Positions 30,914 through 41,351 of a stretch of 64,000 nt of DNA are shown here, in pieces. Source of the stretch: Faecalimonas sp. (lineage in GTDB: Bacteria > Bacillota > Clostridia > Lachnospirales > Lachnospiraceae); NCBI GenBank assembly GCA_045650645.1, contig JAZRRJ010000026.1, positions 4,704 through 68,703 of the forward strand, read 5' to 3'. A model generated the notes under the pieces. It was not told the origin of the DNA and ran no database searches. It saw only the letters and a list, made by a program, of their open reading frames with translations. Within the stretch, counting starts at the first letter, position 1. Each line of letters opens with the position of its first letter. A program made the translations under genes and the position numbers.

Positions 30914-31588
30914 ATGATTGAATTAAAAGAAGTTACAAAAGAGTATTCAAAAGGAATTGCGGCACTCAATGAAGTGAGTTTAAAGATTGAGCAAGGTGAA
31001 TTTGTATTTATAGTAGGGGACAGTGGTTCTGGAAAATCAACCCTGATTCGTTTGCTTTTGAAAGAATTGGAACCGACATCAGGAACTATTACGGTAATGA
31101 ATCGAGATTTGGGAAGAATGAAACACAAAGCAGTTCCATATTACCGCAGAAAAATCGGAGTGGTTTTCCAAGATTTCCGTTTATTAAAAGACAGGAATGT
31201 ATATGAAAACATTGCATTTACCCTTCGTGTTACAGAAACACCAACCCGTATTTTGAAAACGAAAGTACCTGCAGCACTTTCGTTAGTAGGATTGGCACAA
31301 AAATATAAATCCTATCCAAAAGAGTTATCTGGTGGAGAGCAACAAAGAGTTGCGATTGCAAGAGCGATCATCAATGAGCCATCGATTTTGCTTGCAGATG
31401 AGCCAACAGGAAACTTGGACCCGGCAAACTCATGGGAAATCATGAAGTTGTTGGATGAGGCAAACAAGAGAGGGACAACAGTCATTGTTGTTACCCATAA
31501 TCTTGAGATTGTCAGTGCAATGAAGAAAAGAGTCATCACAATGAAGAAAGGTAGCATTGTGAGCGATACAAAAAGGGTGGGTGTGTAA
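30914..31588 (+). CDS. ftsE: cell division ATP-binding protein FtsE
   Basis: GDSGSGKST, VVFQDFRLL, LSGGEQQRV and ADEPTGNLD; upstream of ftsX. Confidence 0.95.
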   Translation: MIELKEVTKEYSKGIAALNEVSLKIEQGEFVFIVGDSGSGKSTLIRLLLKELEPTSGTITVMNRDLGRMKHKAVPYYRRKIGVVFQDFRLLKDRNVYENIAFTLRVTETPTRILKTKVPAALSLVGLAQKYKSYPKELSGGEQQRVAIARAIINEPSILLADEPTGNLDPANSWEIMKLLDEANKRGTTVIVVTHNLEIVSAMKKRVITMKKGSIVSDTKRVGV

Positions 31589-32494
31589 ATGAGAATCAGT
31601 ACGATAAAATATACAGTTCAACAAGGACTTAGAAATATTGCAAAAAATAAAATGTTTTCTGTTGCATCCATTGCAACGATGGTAGCATGTATCTTCCTCT
31701 TTGGCGTATTCTATGCGTTGATTGCAAATGTGCAGGTAGTAATGCGAAATGTAGAAGAAAGCTTACCGATTGTTGTGTATTTTGAGAAAGAAGCAACACA
31801 AAAAGAAAAAGATAATATTGAACGAAATCTTTCACAGAGAGACGATGTAGCGGAAGTGAGATACGTTTCTTCTGAAGAAGGATGGGAAGAGTTTAAAAAA
31901 GTTTATTTTGGAGAAGATACAGATGCTTTAACAGGGTTTGAGGAGAACCCGTTGGCAGATTCTGATAACTATGAAGTTTATTTAAAATCTGTAGAAAGCC
32001 AAGATGAAGTAGTGAAGTTTGCCGAAGAATTAAAAGGTGTGCGTAAAGTACGTGCATCAGCCAGTGCAGCAGAAACGCTTGAAACAATCAGTGTATTGTT
32101 AGCGACAATTTCAGGTGTGATTGTAACATTGCTCTTAGTAGTTGCCATCTTCTTGATAAGCAACACAGTTTCAATGGGTATCACAATTCGTCGAGAAGAA
32201 ATTGCGATTATGAAATATATTGGTGCAAAGGATTCTTTCGTAAGAGCACCATTTATTTTGGAAGGTGTTTTGATTGGATTGATTGGAGCAGCACTTCCAT
32301 TGACATTGTTATACTTTGTATATAAAGGCGCGATTGATTATGTCACATCCGAGTTTGCATTGATTGTTGGAACAATTGATTTTCTTTCTGTAGGGAAATT
32401 GTATTTAACACTTCTCCCAGTCGGATTGGCACTTGGTGTAGGAATTGGTTTTGTAGGAAGTTACTTTACTATTAAACGACATTTGAAAGCTTAA
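31589..32494 (+). CDS. ftsX: cell division permease FtsX
   Basis: ISNT....I..RREEIAIMKYIGA..FVRAPFILEG motif; four TM segments. Confidence 0.93.
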   Translation: MRISTIKYTVQQGLRNIAKNKMFSVASIATMVACIFLFGVFYALIANVQVVMRNVEESLPIVVYFEKEATQKEKDNIERNLSQRDDVAEVRYVSSEEGWEEFKKVYFGEDTDALTGFEENPLADSDNYEVYLKSVESQDEVVKFAEELKGVRKVRASASAAETLETISVLLATISGVIVTLLLVVAIFLISNTVSMGITIRREEIAIMKYIGAKDSFVRAPFILEGVLIGLIGAALPLTLLYFVYKGAIDYVTSEFALIVGTIDFLSVGKLYLTLLPVGLALGVGIGFVGSYFTIKRHLKA

Positions 32495-32517
32495 TAAAAA
32501 GGTGAGGTAGCATAAAG

Positions 32518-33744
32518 ATGGAAAACAAAAGAAATTTCATAAAAGGCCTTTTTGTGGGAGCCTTGTCAATGCTTGTTATCGTGTTGCTTGTGGGCGGCAT
32601 TGGTGTAGGTGCACTGTTCTTTACTGGCAAATTACAGAGTGATGGCAATCGTGGAAGCGCAAATGGCAATCAGTTTGTTTCTGAAGAGACTATGAATAAG
32701 TTGAAAGAGATTCAGGACTTGATTGATGAATACTATTTGTATGCGGATGATATAGACAAAGAGGCAATTCAAGATGCGATTATTCATGGATATGTGGCTG
32801 GTTTAAAAGAACCGTATTCTGTGTATTATAGCAAGGAAGAAGCAAAGGCGCTTTTTGAAACAACGAGTGGAACCTTTGGAGGAATCGGTGTGGGAATTCA
32901 GCAAGATCGAACAACTGGATTGATTACTTTTACCACGATTTACAAAGGTAACCCTGGTGAGAACGCAGGGTTCAAGTCAGGAGATATTGTCTATAAGATT
33001 AACGGTGAGGATGTGAGCGGTCAAGATTTAGATACGGTAGTGTCTAAAATTCGCGGAGAAATTGGAACATCCGTGAAAATTACAGTATTACGCGGAGATG
33101 ACCGAAAAGAATATACAGCCACGGTAGTACGCTCACGGATTGAAAATACGACAGTTAACTATGAAATGAAAGAAAATCAAATCGGATATCTTCAAATCAC
33201 TGGATTTGAAGAAGTCACATATAAGCAATTTGAAGACGCTTTAAATGATTTGAATAAGCAAGGAATGAAAGGCTTGGTAGTAGACCTTCGAAACAATCCT
33301 GGAGGAAACTTGAATACAGTATGTGAGATGTTGGATTTAATTCTTCCAAGTGGAAATGTGGTATCCATTAAAGATCGTTCTGGAAATACTCAGTCGTATA
33401 CTTCGGATGCCAATACAATTCTAGATGTTCCAATGGTTGTGTTGATCAATGGATTTAGTGCAAGTGCGTCAGAAATCTTTGCGGGGGCAGTCCAGGATTA
33501 CGAAATCGGTACGATTGTAGGAACTACCACGTATGGTAAAGGAATTGTTCAAAATGTATTTTCATTAAGTGATGGAACTGCACTTAAAATTACAAGTTCG
33601 GAATATTTTACCGCAAAGGGAAGAAATATCCATGGCAAAGGAATTAAGCCGGATGTGAAGATTGAATACGAATACAATGAAGCAAATCCGGATGCAGATA
33701 ATCAACTAGAAAAAGCATTAGAAATATTGAAAAAAGGAATGTAA
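32518..33744 (+). CDS. ctpA: S41 carboxyl-terminal processing protease with PDZ domain
   Basis: DLRNNPGG, SASASEI and TYGKG motifs; N-terminal membrane anchor. Confidence 0.9.
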   Translation: MENKRNFIKGLFVGALSMLVIVLLVGGIGVGALFFTGKLQSDGNRGSANGNQFVSEETMNKLKEIQDLIDEYYLYADDIDKEAIQDAIIHGYVAGLKEPYSVYYSKEEAKALFETTSGTFGGIGVGIQQDRTTGLITFTTIYKGNPGENAGFKSGDIVYKINGEDVSGQDLDTVVSKIRGEIGTSVKITVLRGDDRKEYTATVVRSRIENTTVNYEMKENQIGYLQITGFEEVTYKQFEDALNDLNKQGMKGLVVDLRNNPGGNLNTVCEMLDLILPSGNVVSIKDRSGNTQSYTSDANTILDVPMVVLINGFSASASEIFAGAVQDYEIGTIVGTTTYGKGIVQNVFSLSDGTALKITSSEYFTAKGRNIHGKGIKPDVKIEYEYNEANPDADNQLEKALEILKKGM

Positions 33745-33762
33745 TTTTACATTCCTTTTTTT
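33730..33762 (+). terminator. terminator after ctpA
   Basis: aaaaaaggaatgtaa-tt-ttacattcctttttt. Confidence 0.75.
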
Positions 33763-33832
33763 GTTGCATTATGGTAAAATAATCATAGTATGTAGTTTTA
33801 TGCTTAATTTGAAAAGAAAGGATACAACTAGC

Positions 33833-35113
33833 ATGAAAATTTTAATTCAGAATGGATACGTACTAGATCCGGAAAGTAAACGAGAAGGAAAGTACGATGT
33901 GTTGATTGAGGAAAATAAAATTGTAAAAGTGGCAGAACAAATGGATGACGTGGCAGAACGAGTAATCGACGCTACAGATTGTTATGTGATGCCTGGATTT
34001 ATAGATCTTCATGTGCATCTTCGTGACCCGGGACTGGAATATAAAGAAACTTTAGAAACCGGAGGAAAGGCTGGTGCAAGAGGAGGGGTTACCACACTCT
34101 GTGCGATGCCAAATACAAAGCCGGTCGTTGATAGCGCAGAAAAAGTAACAGATGTTCATGATAGAGCAAAGAAAGATTCGCCGGTACATGTGATCCAAAT
34201 CGGTGCGATTACTGTCGGACAACAAGGGGAAGAACTTGCAGATATTGCGGGAATGGCCAAAGCAGGCTGTTATGCCATCAGCGAAGATGGAAAATCAGTA
34301 ATGAATGCATCTCTTTATCGCGAAGCAATGCGTCTTGCAAAAGAGAGCGGTATCTCAGTCTTTGCGCACTGCGAAGATATCACCATGGTAGAAGGTGGTG
34401 TCATGCACGCAGATGAAAAAGCAAAAGCACTTGGCTTAAAGGGAATTACAAATGCAGTAGAAGATGTGATTGTTGCAAGGGATATTCTTCTTGCAAAAGA
34501 GACGGGTGTAAGATTACATTTGTGCCATTGCTCGACGGAAGATAGTGTGAAATTGGTAAAGGCAGCAAAGGAAGAAGGCCTTCCGGTAACTGCAGAAGTT
34601 TGTCCACATCATTTTGCAATGTGTACAGATGATATTACAGAAGATGATGGAAACTTCAAAATGAACCCACCTCTTCGAGGAAAGGCAGATGTGGAAGCAT
34701 TGAAAGCAGGGCTTCAAGCAGACATTATGGATGTGATTGCTACGGACCATGCACCACATGCAGCAGAGGAAAAGAACTGTTCCATGACAAAAGCCGCATT
34801 TGGAATCGTAGGATTAGAAACAATGGCATCTTTGACTTATACAGAACTTGTGGAACCAGGAATTTTAACTCCGATGCAGATGGCAGAAAAGACCAGCTAT
34901 AATCCAGCACAAATTTTAGGACTTACTGAAAAAGGTGCGATTGCGGAAGGAAAGATAGCGGACATTGTAGTCTTTGATCCAAATGTTGAATATGTTATCG
35001 ATAAAAATAGATTCTTTTCAAAAGGGAAGAATACCCCATTCCACGGACGAAAAGTCAAAGGGGATGTAAAATATACATTGGTTGACGGAAACGTTGTATA
35101 CGAAAGAAATTAA
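33833..35113 (+). CDS. pyrC: dihydroorotase
   Basis: DLHVHLRDPG, MPNT, KMNPPLR and TDHAPH; start MKILIQ after RBS aagga. Confidence 0.95.
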   Translation: MKILIQNGYVLDPESKREGKYDVLIEENKIVKVAEQMDDVAERVIDATDCYVMPGFIDLHVHLRDPGLEYKETLETGGKAGARGGVTTLCAMPNTKPVVDSAEKVTDVHDRAKKDSPVHVIQIGAITVGQQGEELADIAGMAKAGCYAISEDGKSVMNASLYREAMRLAKESGISVFAHCEDITMVEGGVMHADEKAKALGLKGITNAVEDVIVARDILLAKETGVRLHLCHCSTEDSVKLVKAAKEEGLPVTAEVCPHHFAMCTDDITEDDGNFKMNPPLRGKADVEALKAGLQADIMDVIATDHAPHAAEEKNCSMTKAAFGIVGLETMASLTYTELVEPGILTPMQMAEKTSYNPAQILGLTEKGAIAEGKIADIVVFDPNVEYVIDKNRFFSKGKNTPFHGRKVKGDVKYTLVDGNVVYERN

Positions 35114-35130
35114 TTTTGGAGGATAAAAAG

Positions 35131-36060
35131 ATGATTAACAAATTAGTACAAAACATTAAGAAAACAAATGCGCCAATCGTAGTGGGATTAGATCCAATGC
35201 TCAACTACATTCCAGAGCATGTACAAAAGAAAGCATTTGCAGAGTATGGAGAAACATTGGAAGGTGCTGCAGAAGCAATTTGGCAGTTTAATAAAGAAAT
35301 CGTGGATAAGACCTATGATTTGATTCCTGCAGTAAAACCACAAATCGCAATGTACGAACAATTTGGTATTCCAGGGCTTGTAGCATTTAAGAAAACAGTG
35401 GATTACTGTAAAGAAAAAGGTTTGGTAGTCATCGGAGATATCAAACGTGGCGACATAGGTTCTACATCTGCAGCATATGCGGTAGGTCACGTAGGTCGCG
35501 TGCAAGTGGGTAGCAAAACATACGTACCATTTGATGAAGATTTCGTAACAGTAAATCCATACCTTGGTTCAGATGGAATCGATCCATTTATCAAAGTGTG
35601 TAAAGAAGAAAATAAAGGTATGTTTGTATTAGTAAAAACATCAAATCCATCAAGTGGAGAATTCCAAGATCAATTAATTAACGGAAAACCACTTTACGAA
35701 TTGGTTGGAGAAAAAGTAGCAGCTTGGGGAGAACAACACATGGGCGATGACTACAGCTATGTAGGAGCAGTTGTTGGTGCAACATATCCAGAAATGGGTA
35801 AAGTTCTTCGTAAGGTAATGCCAAAAACATATATCTTAGTACCAGGTTATGGCGCACAAGGTGGAAAAGGAAAAGATTTGGTTCACTTCTTTAATGAAGA
35901 TGGACTTGGAGCAATTGTAAACTCTTCACGTGGAATTATTGCAGCATACAAACAAGAAGCATATGCAAAATTTGGTGCGGAGAACTTTGGAGAAGCTTCT
36001 AGAGCAGCTGTGGAAGATATGGTGGCAGACATTCGAGAAGCTTTGAGCAGCGTTAAATAG
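35131..36060 (+). CDS. pyrF: orotidine-5'-phosphate decarboxylase (long type)
   Basis: VGLDP, KPQIAMYE, DIKRGDIGST, PGYGAQGG and NSSRGI motifs. Confidence 0.95.
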   Translation: MINKLVQNIKKTNAPIVVGLDPMLNYIPEHVQKKAFAEYGETLEGAAEAIWQFNKEIVDKTYDLIPAVKPQIAMYEQFGIPGLVAFKKTVDYCKEKGLVVIGDIKRGDIGSTSAAYAVGHVGRVQVGSKTYVPFDEDFVTVNPYLGSDGIDPFIKVCKEENKGMFVLVKTSNPSSGEFQDQLINGKPLYELVGEKVAAWGEQHMGDDYSYVGAVVGATYPEMGKVLRKVMPKTYILVPGYGAQGGKGKDLVHFFNEDGLGAIVNSSRGIIAAYKQEAYAKFGAENFGEASRAAVEDMVADIREALSSVK

Positions 36061-36180
36061 GCATCGGCAATCCGCTGCTTGCAAGCAGGAGTGACGAGGG
36101 CTATTTTAATGGGGCGAATGCCCGCGACCGAGAAAATCTATGATTTTTGAGGTGCTGCGAAAGAAAGGAGATTATATAAG

Positions 36181-36963
36181 ATGGCAGACAGAAGAAAAGA
36201 ATCAGCAATTGTTGTGTCACAAGAACAAGTTGCAGATCATATTTTCAGTATGTGGATTCAGACAGAAGCGGCTGCATCTGCAAAACCAGGACAATTTATT
36301 TCGATGTATACCAATGATGGAACAAAATTACTTCCTAGACCAATCAGTATCTGTGAAATTGATAAGGAACAAGGACGTTTGCGAGTGGTGTACCGCGTGA
36401 CGAGCGAAAAGGCAGGGACTAAGCAGTTCTCAGAAATGAAAGCAGGAGATGTGATTCCTGTGGTAGGTCCACTTGGAAATGGATTCCCATTAGAAAAAGC
36501 AGAAGGGAAAAAAGCGTTCTTGATGGGCGGTGGAATTGGTGTTCCGCCAATCTTAGAACTTGCAAAACAATTGAATTGCGAGAAGCAAATCGTGGTAGGT
36601 TATCGAGATGCACATACATTTTTAAAAGACCAGTTTGAACAAAATGGTTCTCTTTATATCTCCACAGAAGATGGTAGTGTAGGAACCAAAGGAAATGTAA
36701 TGAATGCCATTGCGGAGAATGGACTTACTGCGGATATTATCTATGCATGTGGACCAACTCCAATGCTTCGTGCAATTAAAAACTATGCCGAGGAAAATGA
36801 AATTGAGTGCTATATTTCGTTGGAAGAAAAGATGGCTTGTGGAATTGGCGCATGTTTGGCATGTACTTGCAAGTCAAAAGAGAAAGATCACCATACAAAT
36901 GTACACAATAAGCGTATTTGTAAGGATGGCCCAGTATTCTTGTCGACGGAGGTGGAAATCTAA
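36181..36963 (+). CDS. pyrK: dihydroorotate dehydrogenase electron transfer subunit
   Basis: RPISI, GPLGNGF, GGGIG, ACGPTPM and MACGIGACLAC..CKDGPVF motifs. Confidence 0.95.
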   Translation: MADRRKESAIVVSQEQVADHIFSMWIQTEAAASAKPGQFISMYTNDGTKLLPRPISICEIDKEQGRLRVVYRVTSEKAGTKQFSEMKAGDVIPVVGPLGNGFPLEKAEGKKAFLMGGGIGVPPILELAKQLNCEKQIVVGYRDAHTFLKDQFEQNGSLYISTEDGSVGTKGNVMNAIAENGLTADIIYACGPTPMLRAIKNYAEENEIECYISLEEKMACGIGACLACTCKSKEKDHHTNVHNKRICKDGPVFLSTEVEI

Positions 36964-37865
36964 TGGATATGCGTGTAAATATAGCAGGAGTGGAATGGAA
37001 AAATCCTGTAACAGTAGCTTCTGGAACGTTTGGTTCTGGAGCAGAATTTACAGAGTTTGTGGATTTGAATCGTTTGGGTGCAGTGACAACAAAAGGGGTT
37101 GCCAATGTACCTTGGTCAGGAAATCCAACTCCTAGAGTGGCAGAAACATATGGCGGCATGATGAACGCAATTGGACTTCAAAATCCTGGAATTGATGTGT
37201 TTTGCGAAAGAGATATTCCGTTTTTGAAACAATTTGATACAAAGGTAATTGTGAATGTGTGTGGGCATGCACCGGAAGAGTATTTTGCAGTAGTGGAAAG
37301 ACTTGCAGATGAGCCAATTGATATGATGGAAATCAATATCTCTTGTCCAAACGTAAATGCAGGATTCCTTGCATTTGGACAGGATCCAAAGCAAGTAGAA
37401 AAATTAACTGCTGAGATTAAAAAACTTGCAAAACAACCAGTGATTATGAAACTCACACCAAATGTAACAGATATTACGGAGATTGCAAAAGCAGCAGAAG
37501 CAGGTGGCGCAGACGCAGTTTCGTTGATTAATACGTTGACAGGTATGAAGATTGATATCAATCGTAAAACATTTGCAATTGCGAATAAAACAGGTGGTGT
37601 ATCTGGTCCAGCAATTCATCCAATTGCTGTGCGTATGGTATATCAAGTAGCAAATGCCGTAAATATTCCAATTATTGGAATGGGAGGAATTGCAACAGCA
37701 GAAGATGCCATTGAAATGATTCTTGCAGGTGCGAGTGCAGTAGCTGTAGGAACAGCGAACTTCCATAATCCAGGAGTGACCATGGAGATTGTGGATGGCA
37801 TTGAAGCATATATGAAACAACACGGATTCAATACCGTACAAGAGATGGTAGGATTGGTGAAATAA
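36963..37865 (+). CDS. pyrD: dihydroorotate dehydrogenase (class 1B) catalytic subunit
   Basis: ASGTFG, NAIGLQNPG, NISCPN, KLTPN and GGVSGPA motifs. Confidence 0.96.
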   Translation: MDMRVNIAGVEWKNPVTVASGTFGSGAEFTEFVDLNRLGAVTTKGVANVPWSGNPTPRVAETYGGMMNAIGLQNPGIDVFCERDIPFLKQFDTKVIVNVCGHAPEEYFAVVERLADEPIDMMEINISCPNVNAGFLAFGQDPKQVEKLTAEIKKLAKQPVIMKLTPNVTDITEIAKAAEAGGADAVSLINTLTGMKIDINRKTFAIANKTGGVSGPAIHPIAVRMVYQVANAVNIPIIGMGGIATAEDAIEMILAGASAVAVGTANFHNPGVTMEIVDGIEAYMKQHGFNTVQEMVGLVK

Positions 37866-37877
37866 GGAGGACATAAA

Positions 37878-39332
37878 ATGCAACGTACAGATAAATATTC
37901 AAGTCCATTATCAGAACGTTATGCAAGTAAGGAAATGCAATACATTTTCTCTCAAGATATGAAATTCCGTACTTGGAGAAAACTTTGGATTGCACTTGCA
38001 GAGACGGAGAAAGAATTGGGACTTTGTCAAAATGGTGTTCCAGTAATTACGGATGAGCAAATCGAAGAATTGAAAGCACATGCAGAAGATATCAATTATG
38101 AAGTGGCAAGAGAACGTGAAAAAGTTGTTCGCCACGATGTAATGAGTCATGTGTATGCTTACGGACAACAGTGTCCAAAGGCAGCAGGAATTATCCATCT
38201 AGGAGCAACATCTTGTTATGTGGGTGATAATACAGATATTATTGTAATGACAGAAGCTCTGAAATTAGTAAAGAAAAAATTAGTAAATGTAATCCAATTG
38301 CTTGCGAAATTTGCGGAGGAATACAAAGCACTTCCAACGCTTGGGTTCACGCATTTCCAAGCAGCGCAACCAACTACGGTTGGAAAACGTGCATGTTTGT
38401 GGCTTCAAGAGTTCTTGCTTGACATGGAAGATTTGGAACATGTGATTTCTACAATGAAGTTACTTGGATCAAAAGGGACTACAGGTACTCAAGCTTCTTT
38501 CTTAGAACTTTTTGATGGTGACCATGACACAATTGATAAGATTGATCCAATGATCGCACAAAAAATGGGATTTGAGGCTTGTTATCCTGTATCGGGTCAA
38601 ACATATTCAAGAAAGACAGATACAAGAGTTCTCAATGCATTGGCTGGAATTGCAGCAAGTGCACATAAAATGAGTAACGACATTCGCTTGTTACAACATT
38701 TGAAAGAAATCGAAGAACCATTTGGAAAGAATCAAATCGGTTCATCAGCAATGGCTTATAAGAGAAATCCAATGCGCAGCGAACGTATCGCAGCACTTTC
38801 TCGTTTTGTAATGGTGGATGCATTAAATCCAGCAATTACTTCTGCGACACAATGGTTTGAAAGAACATTGGACGATTCGGCAAATAAGAGATTGTCTGTT
38901 CCAGAAGCTTTCTTGGCAGTGGATGGAATCTTGGACCTTTGCATGAACGTGGTAGATGGACTTGTAGTTTATCCAAAAGTTATTGAAAAACATTTGATGA
39001 GCGAACTTCCATTTATGGCGACAGAAAATATTATGATGGATGCCGTGAAGAAGGGCGGAAATCGTCAAGACTTGCATGAACGTATTCGTGAACTTTCTAT
39101 GGAAGCAGGACGCACTGTGAAGGTGGAAGGTAAGGATAATAACTTACTTGAACTCATTGCGGCTGATCCAGAATTCAATATGACATTGGAAGAACTTCAA
39201 GAAACGATGGATCCAAGTAAGTATGTGGGTCGCGCAAAAGAGCAGGTAGATGCATTTATTGCAAATCATGTAAATCCAATTTTGGAAGCAAATGCGAACT
39301 TGCTTGGTGTAGATGTTGAGATTAATGTATAA
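37878..39332 (+). CDS. purB: adenylosuccinate lyase
   Basis: RHDV, HLGATS, THFQAAQ and [11 protein letters not shown] signature. Confidence 0.96.
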   Translation: MQRTDKYSSPLSERYASKEMQYIFSQDMKFRTWRKLWIALAETEKELGLCQNGVPVITDEQIEELKAHAEDINYEVAREREKVVRHDVMSHVYAYGQQCPKAAGIIHLGATSCYVGDNTDIIVMTEALKLVKKKLVNVIQLLAKFAEEYKALPTLGFTHFQAAQPTTVGKRACLWLQEFLLDMEDLEHVISTMKLLGSKGTTGTQASFLELFDGDHDTIDKIDPMIAQKMGFEACYPVSGQTYSRKTDTRVLNALAGIAASAHKMSNDIRLLQHLKEIEEPFGKNQIGSSAMAYKRNPMRSERIAALSRFVMVDALNPAITSATQWFERTLDDSANKRLSVPEAFLAVDGILDLCMNVVDGLVVYPKVIEKHLMSELPFMATENIMMDAVKKGGNRQDLHERIRELSMEAGRTVKVEGKDNNLLELIAADPEFNMTLEELQETMDPSKYVGRAKEQVDAFIANHVNPILEANANLLGVDVEINV

Positions 39333-39431
39333 AAAATAAAAAAATAATTGGCCTTATACAAGACTTTGTGATATTATAGGAATGCGGTCTTGAGATAGAC
39401 CAACACTAATGAATAAAGAGAGGTAATAGAA

Positions 39432-40706
39432 ATGGTAAAAGCAGTAGTCGGCGCTAACTGGGGTGACGAGGGTAAAGGTAAGATCACAGATATGCTTGCT
39501 GAAAAAGCGGATTATGTTGTTCGTTTTCAAGGTGGAGCAAATGCAGGTCATACAATCGTAAATAAATACGGGAAATTCGCACTTCACACCTTGCCATCTG
39601 GTATCTTTTATGATCATACAACAAGTATTATTGGAAATGGTGTTGCACTTGATATTCCAGTATTTTGCAAGGAAATTCAAACAGTGGTAGACCAAGGTGC
39701 TCCAATGCCAAAGATTTTGGTTTCAAATAGAGCGCAAATCGTAATGCCATATCACGTATTGTTTGATCAATATGAAGAAGAACGTTTAGGAAAGAAATCT
39801 TTCGGTTCAACAAAATCAGGAATTGCACCATTTTACTCAGATAAATATGCAAAAATTGGTTTCCAAGTAAGTGAATTGTTTGATGATGAAAGATTACTTG
39901 AAAAAGTTGAAAGCGTTGTAGAAAAGAAAAACATCTTACTTGAACACATGTATCACAAACCACTTTTGAGTGTAGATGAACTTATGACAACACTTCGTGA
40001 ATACCGCGATATGATTGCACCATATGTAGCAGATACATCGGTTGTGTTACATAACGCAATTAAGGAAGATAAAGTGATTTTATTAGAAGGTCAATTGGGA
40101 ACATTAAAAGATCCAGACCACGGTATTTATCCAATGGTAACATCTTCTTCGACTTTAGCAGCTTACGGTGCAATCGGAGCAGGTATCCCACCATACGAAA
40201 TCAAAGAAGTAATCACTGTATGTAAAGCATACTCATCAGCAGTTGGTGCAGGTGCATTTGTAAGTGAAATCTTTGGAGAGGAAGCGGATGAACTTAGAAG
40301 ACGCGGTGGAGACGGCGGAGAATACGGTGCAACGACAGGACGTCCACGTAGAATGGGATGGTTCGACTGTGTAGCTTCTAAATACGGATGCCGTATGCAA
40401 GGAACAACAGGCGTTGCATTCACAGTATTAGATGTGCTTGGATACTTAGATGAACTTCCAGTATGTGTTGGTTATGAAATCGACGGAGAAATCACAACAG
40501 ACTTCCCTGTAACAGCATTACTTGAAAAAGCAAAACCAGTATATGAAGTATTGCCGGGATGGAAATGTGAAATCAGAGGAATCAAGAAGTATGAAGATCT
40601 TCCAGAAAACTGTAGAAAATACATTGAGTTCGTAGAAAAACAAATCGGATACCCGATTACAATGGTTTCTAATGGACCAGGAAGAGATGATATTATTTAT
40701 CGTTAA
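39432..40706 (+). CDS. purA: adenylosuccinate synthetase
   Basis: WGDEGKGK, GGANAGHT and GATTGRPRR motifs. Confidence 0.97.
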   Translation: MVKAVVGANWGDEGKGKITDMLAEKADYVVRFQGGANAGHTIVNKYGKFALHTLPSGIFYDHTTSIIGNGVALDIPVFCKEIQTVVDQGAPMPKILVSNRAQIVMPYHVLFDQYEEERLGKKSFGSTKSGIAPFYSDKYAKIGFQVSELFDDERLLEKVESVVEKKNILLEHMYHKPLLSVDELMTTLREYRDMIAPYVADTSVVLHNAIKEDKVILLEGQLGTLKDPDHGIYPMVTSSSTLAAYGAIGAGIPPYEIKEVITVCKAYSSAVGAGAFVSEIFGEEADELRRRGGDGGEYGATTGRPRRMGWFDCVASKYGCRMQGTTGVAFTVLDVLGYLDELPVCVGYEIDGEITTDFPVTALLEKAKPVYEVLPGWKCEIRGIKKYEDLPENCRKYIEFVEKQIGYPITMVSNGPGRDDIIYR

Positions 40707-40717
40707 TAGAATGTTAA

Positions 40718-40750
40718 GAATGCCTCTAGTTATAAGCTAGGGGCATTTTC
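40718..40750 (+). terminator. terminator after purA
   Basis: aatgcctctag-ttataag-ctaggggcatt followed by tt. Confidence 0.7.
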
Positions 40751-40775
40751 TAAATAAAGTACAGGAGAAGGACCT

Positions 40776-41279
40776 ATGATTAAATGCGTAAATTGTGGAA
40801 AAATGATAGAGGACGAAAGTGATTTCTGCTATTTTTGTGGGTATGCCCCAAATGTTGAAGACGGTGAAGAGTGTATAAGTGTTGAAGTAGAGGAAAATAT
40901 AGAAGAGAGTGTTTTATCCGAGATAATTGATCATAACTTGCATGGAATTCCTTTGTATGAAATTGAAGGAAACAGGGGGCGAAAGTTGTTGGTATATCAA
41001 AATAAATGTGTCATAAAAACGGATGTAACTATAGGGTCTATTCTATCCAAGAATGCTACAGATGGAGAAAAGACGATATATTTCAAAGATGTTATAGGCG
41101 TGCAGATGAAAAAGCCAGGATTGACTATTGGGTATTTGCAGTTAGAAACAGCTGCAAATAGCGGGAATAATAGTGAAAGTAATTATTTTAATGAAAATTC
41201 ATTTACTTTTAGTAATTATAAAGATGTTTATGAAGTCTATAAGTATATAATTTCTCGCTTAGATGAGATTAAAAAGTAA
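40776..41279 (+). CDS. zinc-ribbon protein with PH-like (DUF4429-like) domain
   Basis: N-terminal CxxC...CxxC; C-terminal GEKTIYFKDVIGVQMKKPGLTIGYLQ...ENSFTF; RBS aggag. Confidence 0.6.
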   Translation: MIKCVNCGKMIEDESDFCYFCGYAPNVEDGEECISVEVEENIEESVLSEIIDHNLHGIPLYEIEGNRGRKLLVYQNKCVIKTDVTIGSILSKNATDGEKTIYFKDVIGVQMKKPGLTIGYLQLETAANSGNNSESNYFNENSFTFSNYKDVYEVYKYIISRLDEIKK

Positions 41280-41351
41280 GACAAAATCCGTGTGAATTAG
41301 GTGCAAGGATTGTAGATGATTTAAATTAACGGAACAGAAAGTGGGAAACAT

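Noticed and set aside
33761-33832. pyrC upstream extension or PyrR attenuator
   Set aside because: The region is promoter-like and AT-rich; the only hairpin is the ctpA terminator and no PyrR-binding loop is recognisable
36140-36400. 86-aa alternative-frame ORF over the pyrK start
   Set aside because: Overlaps pyrK out of frame and has no motif
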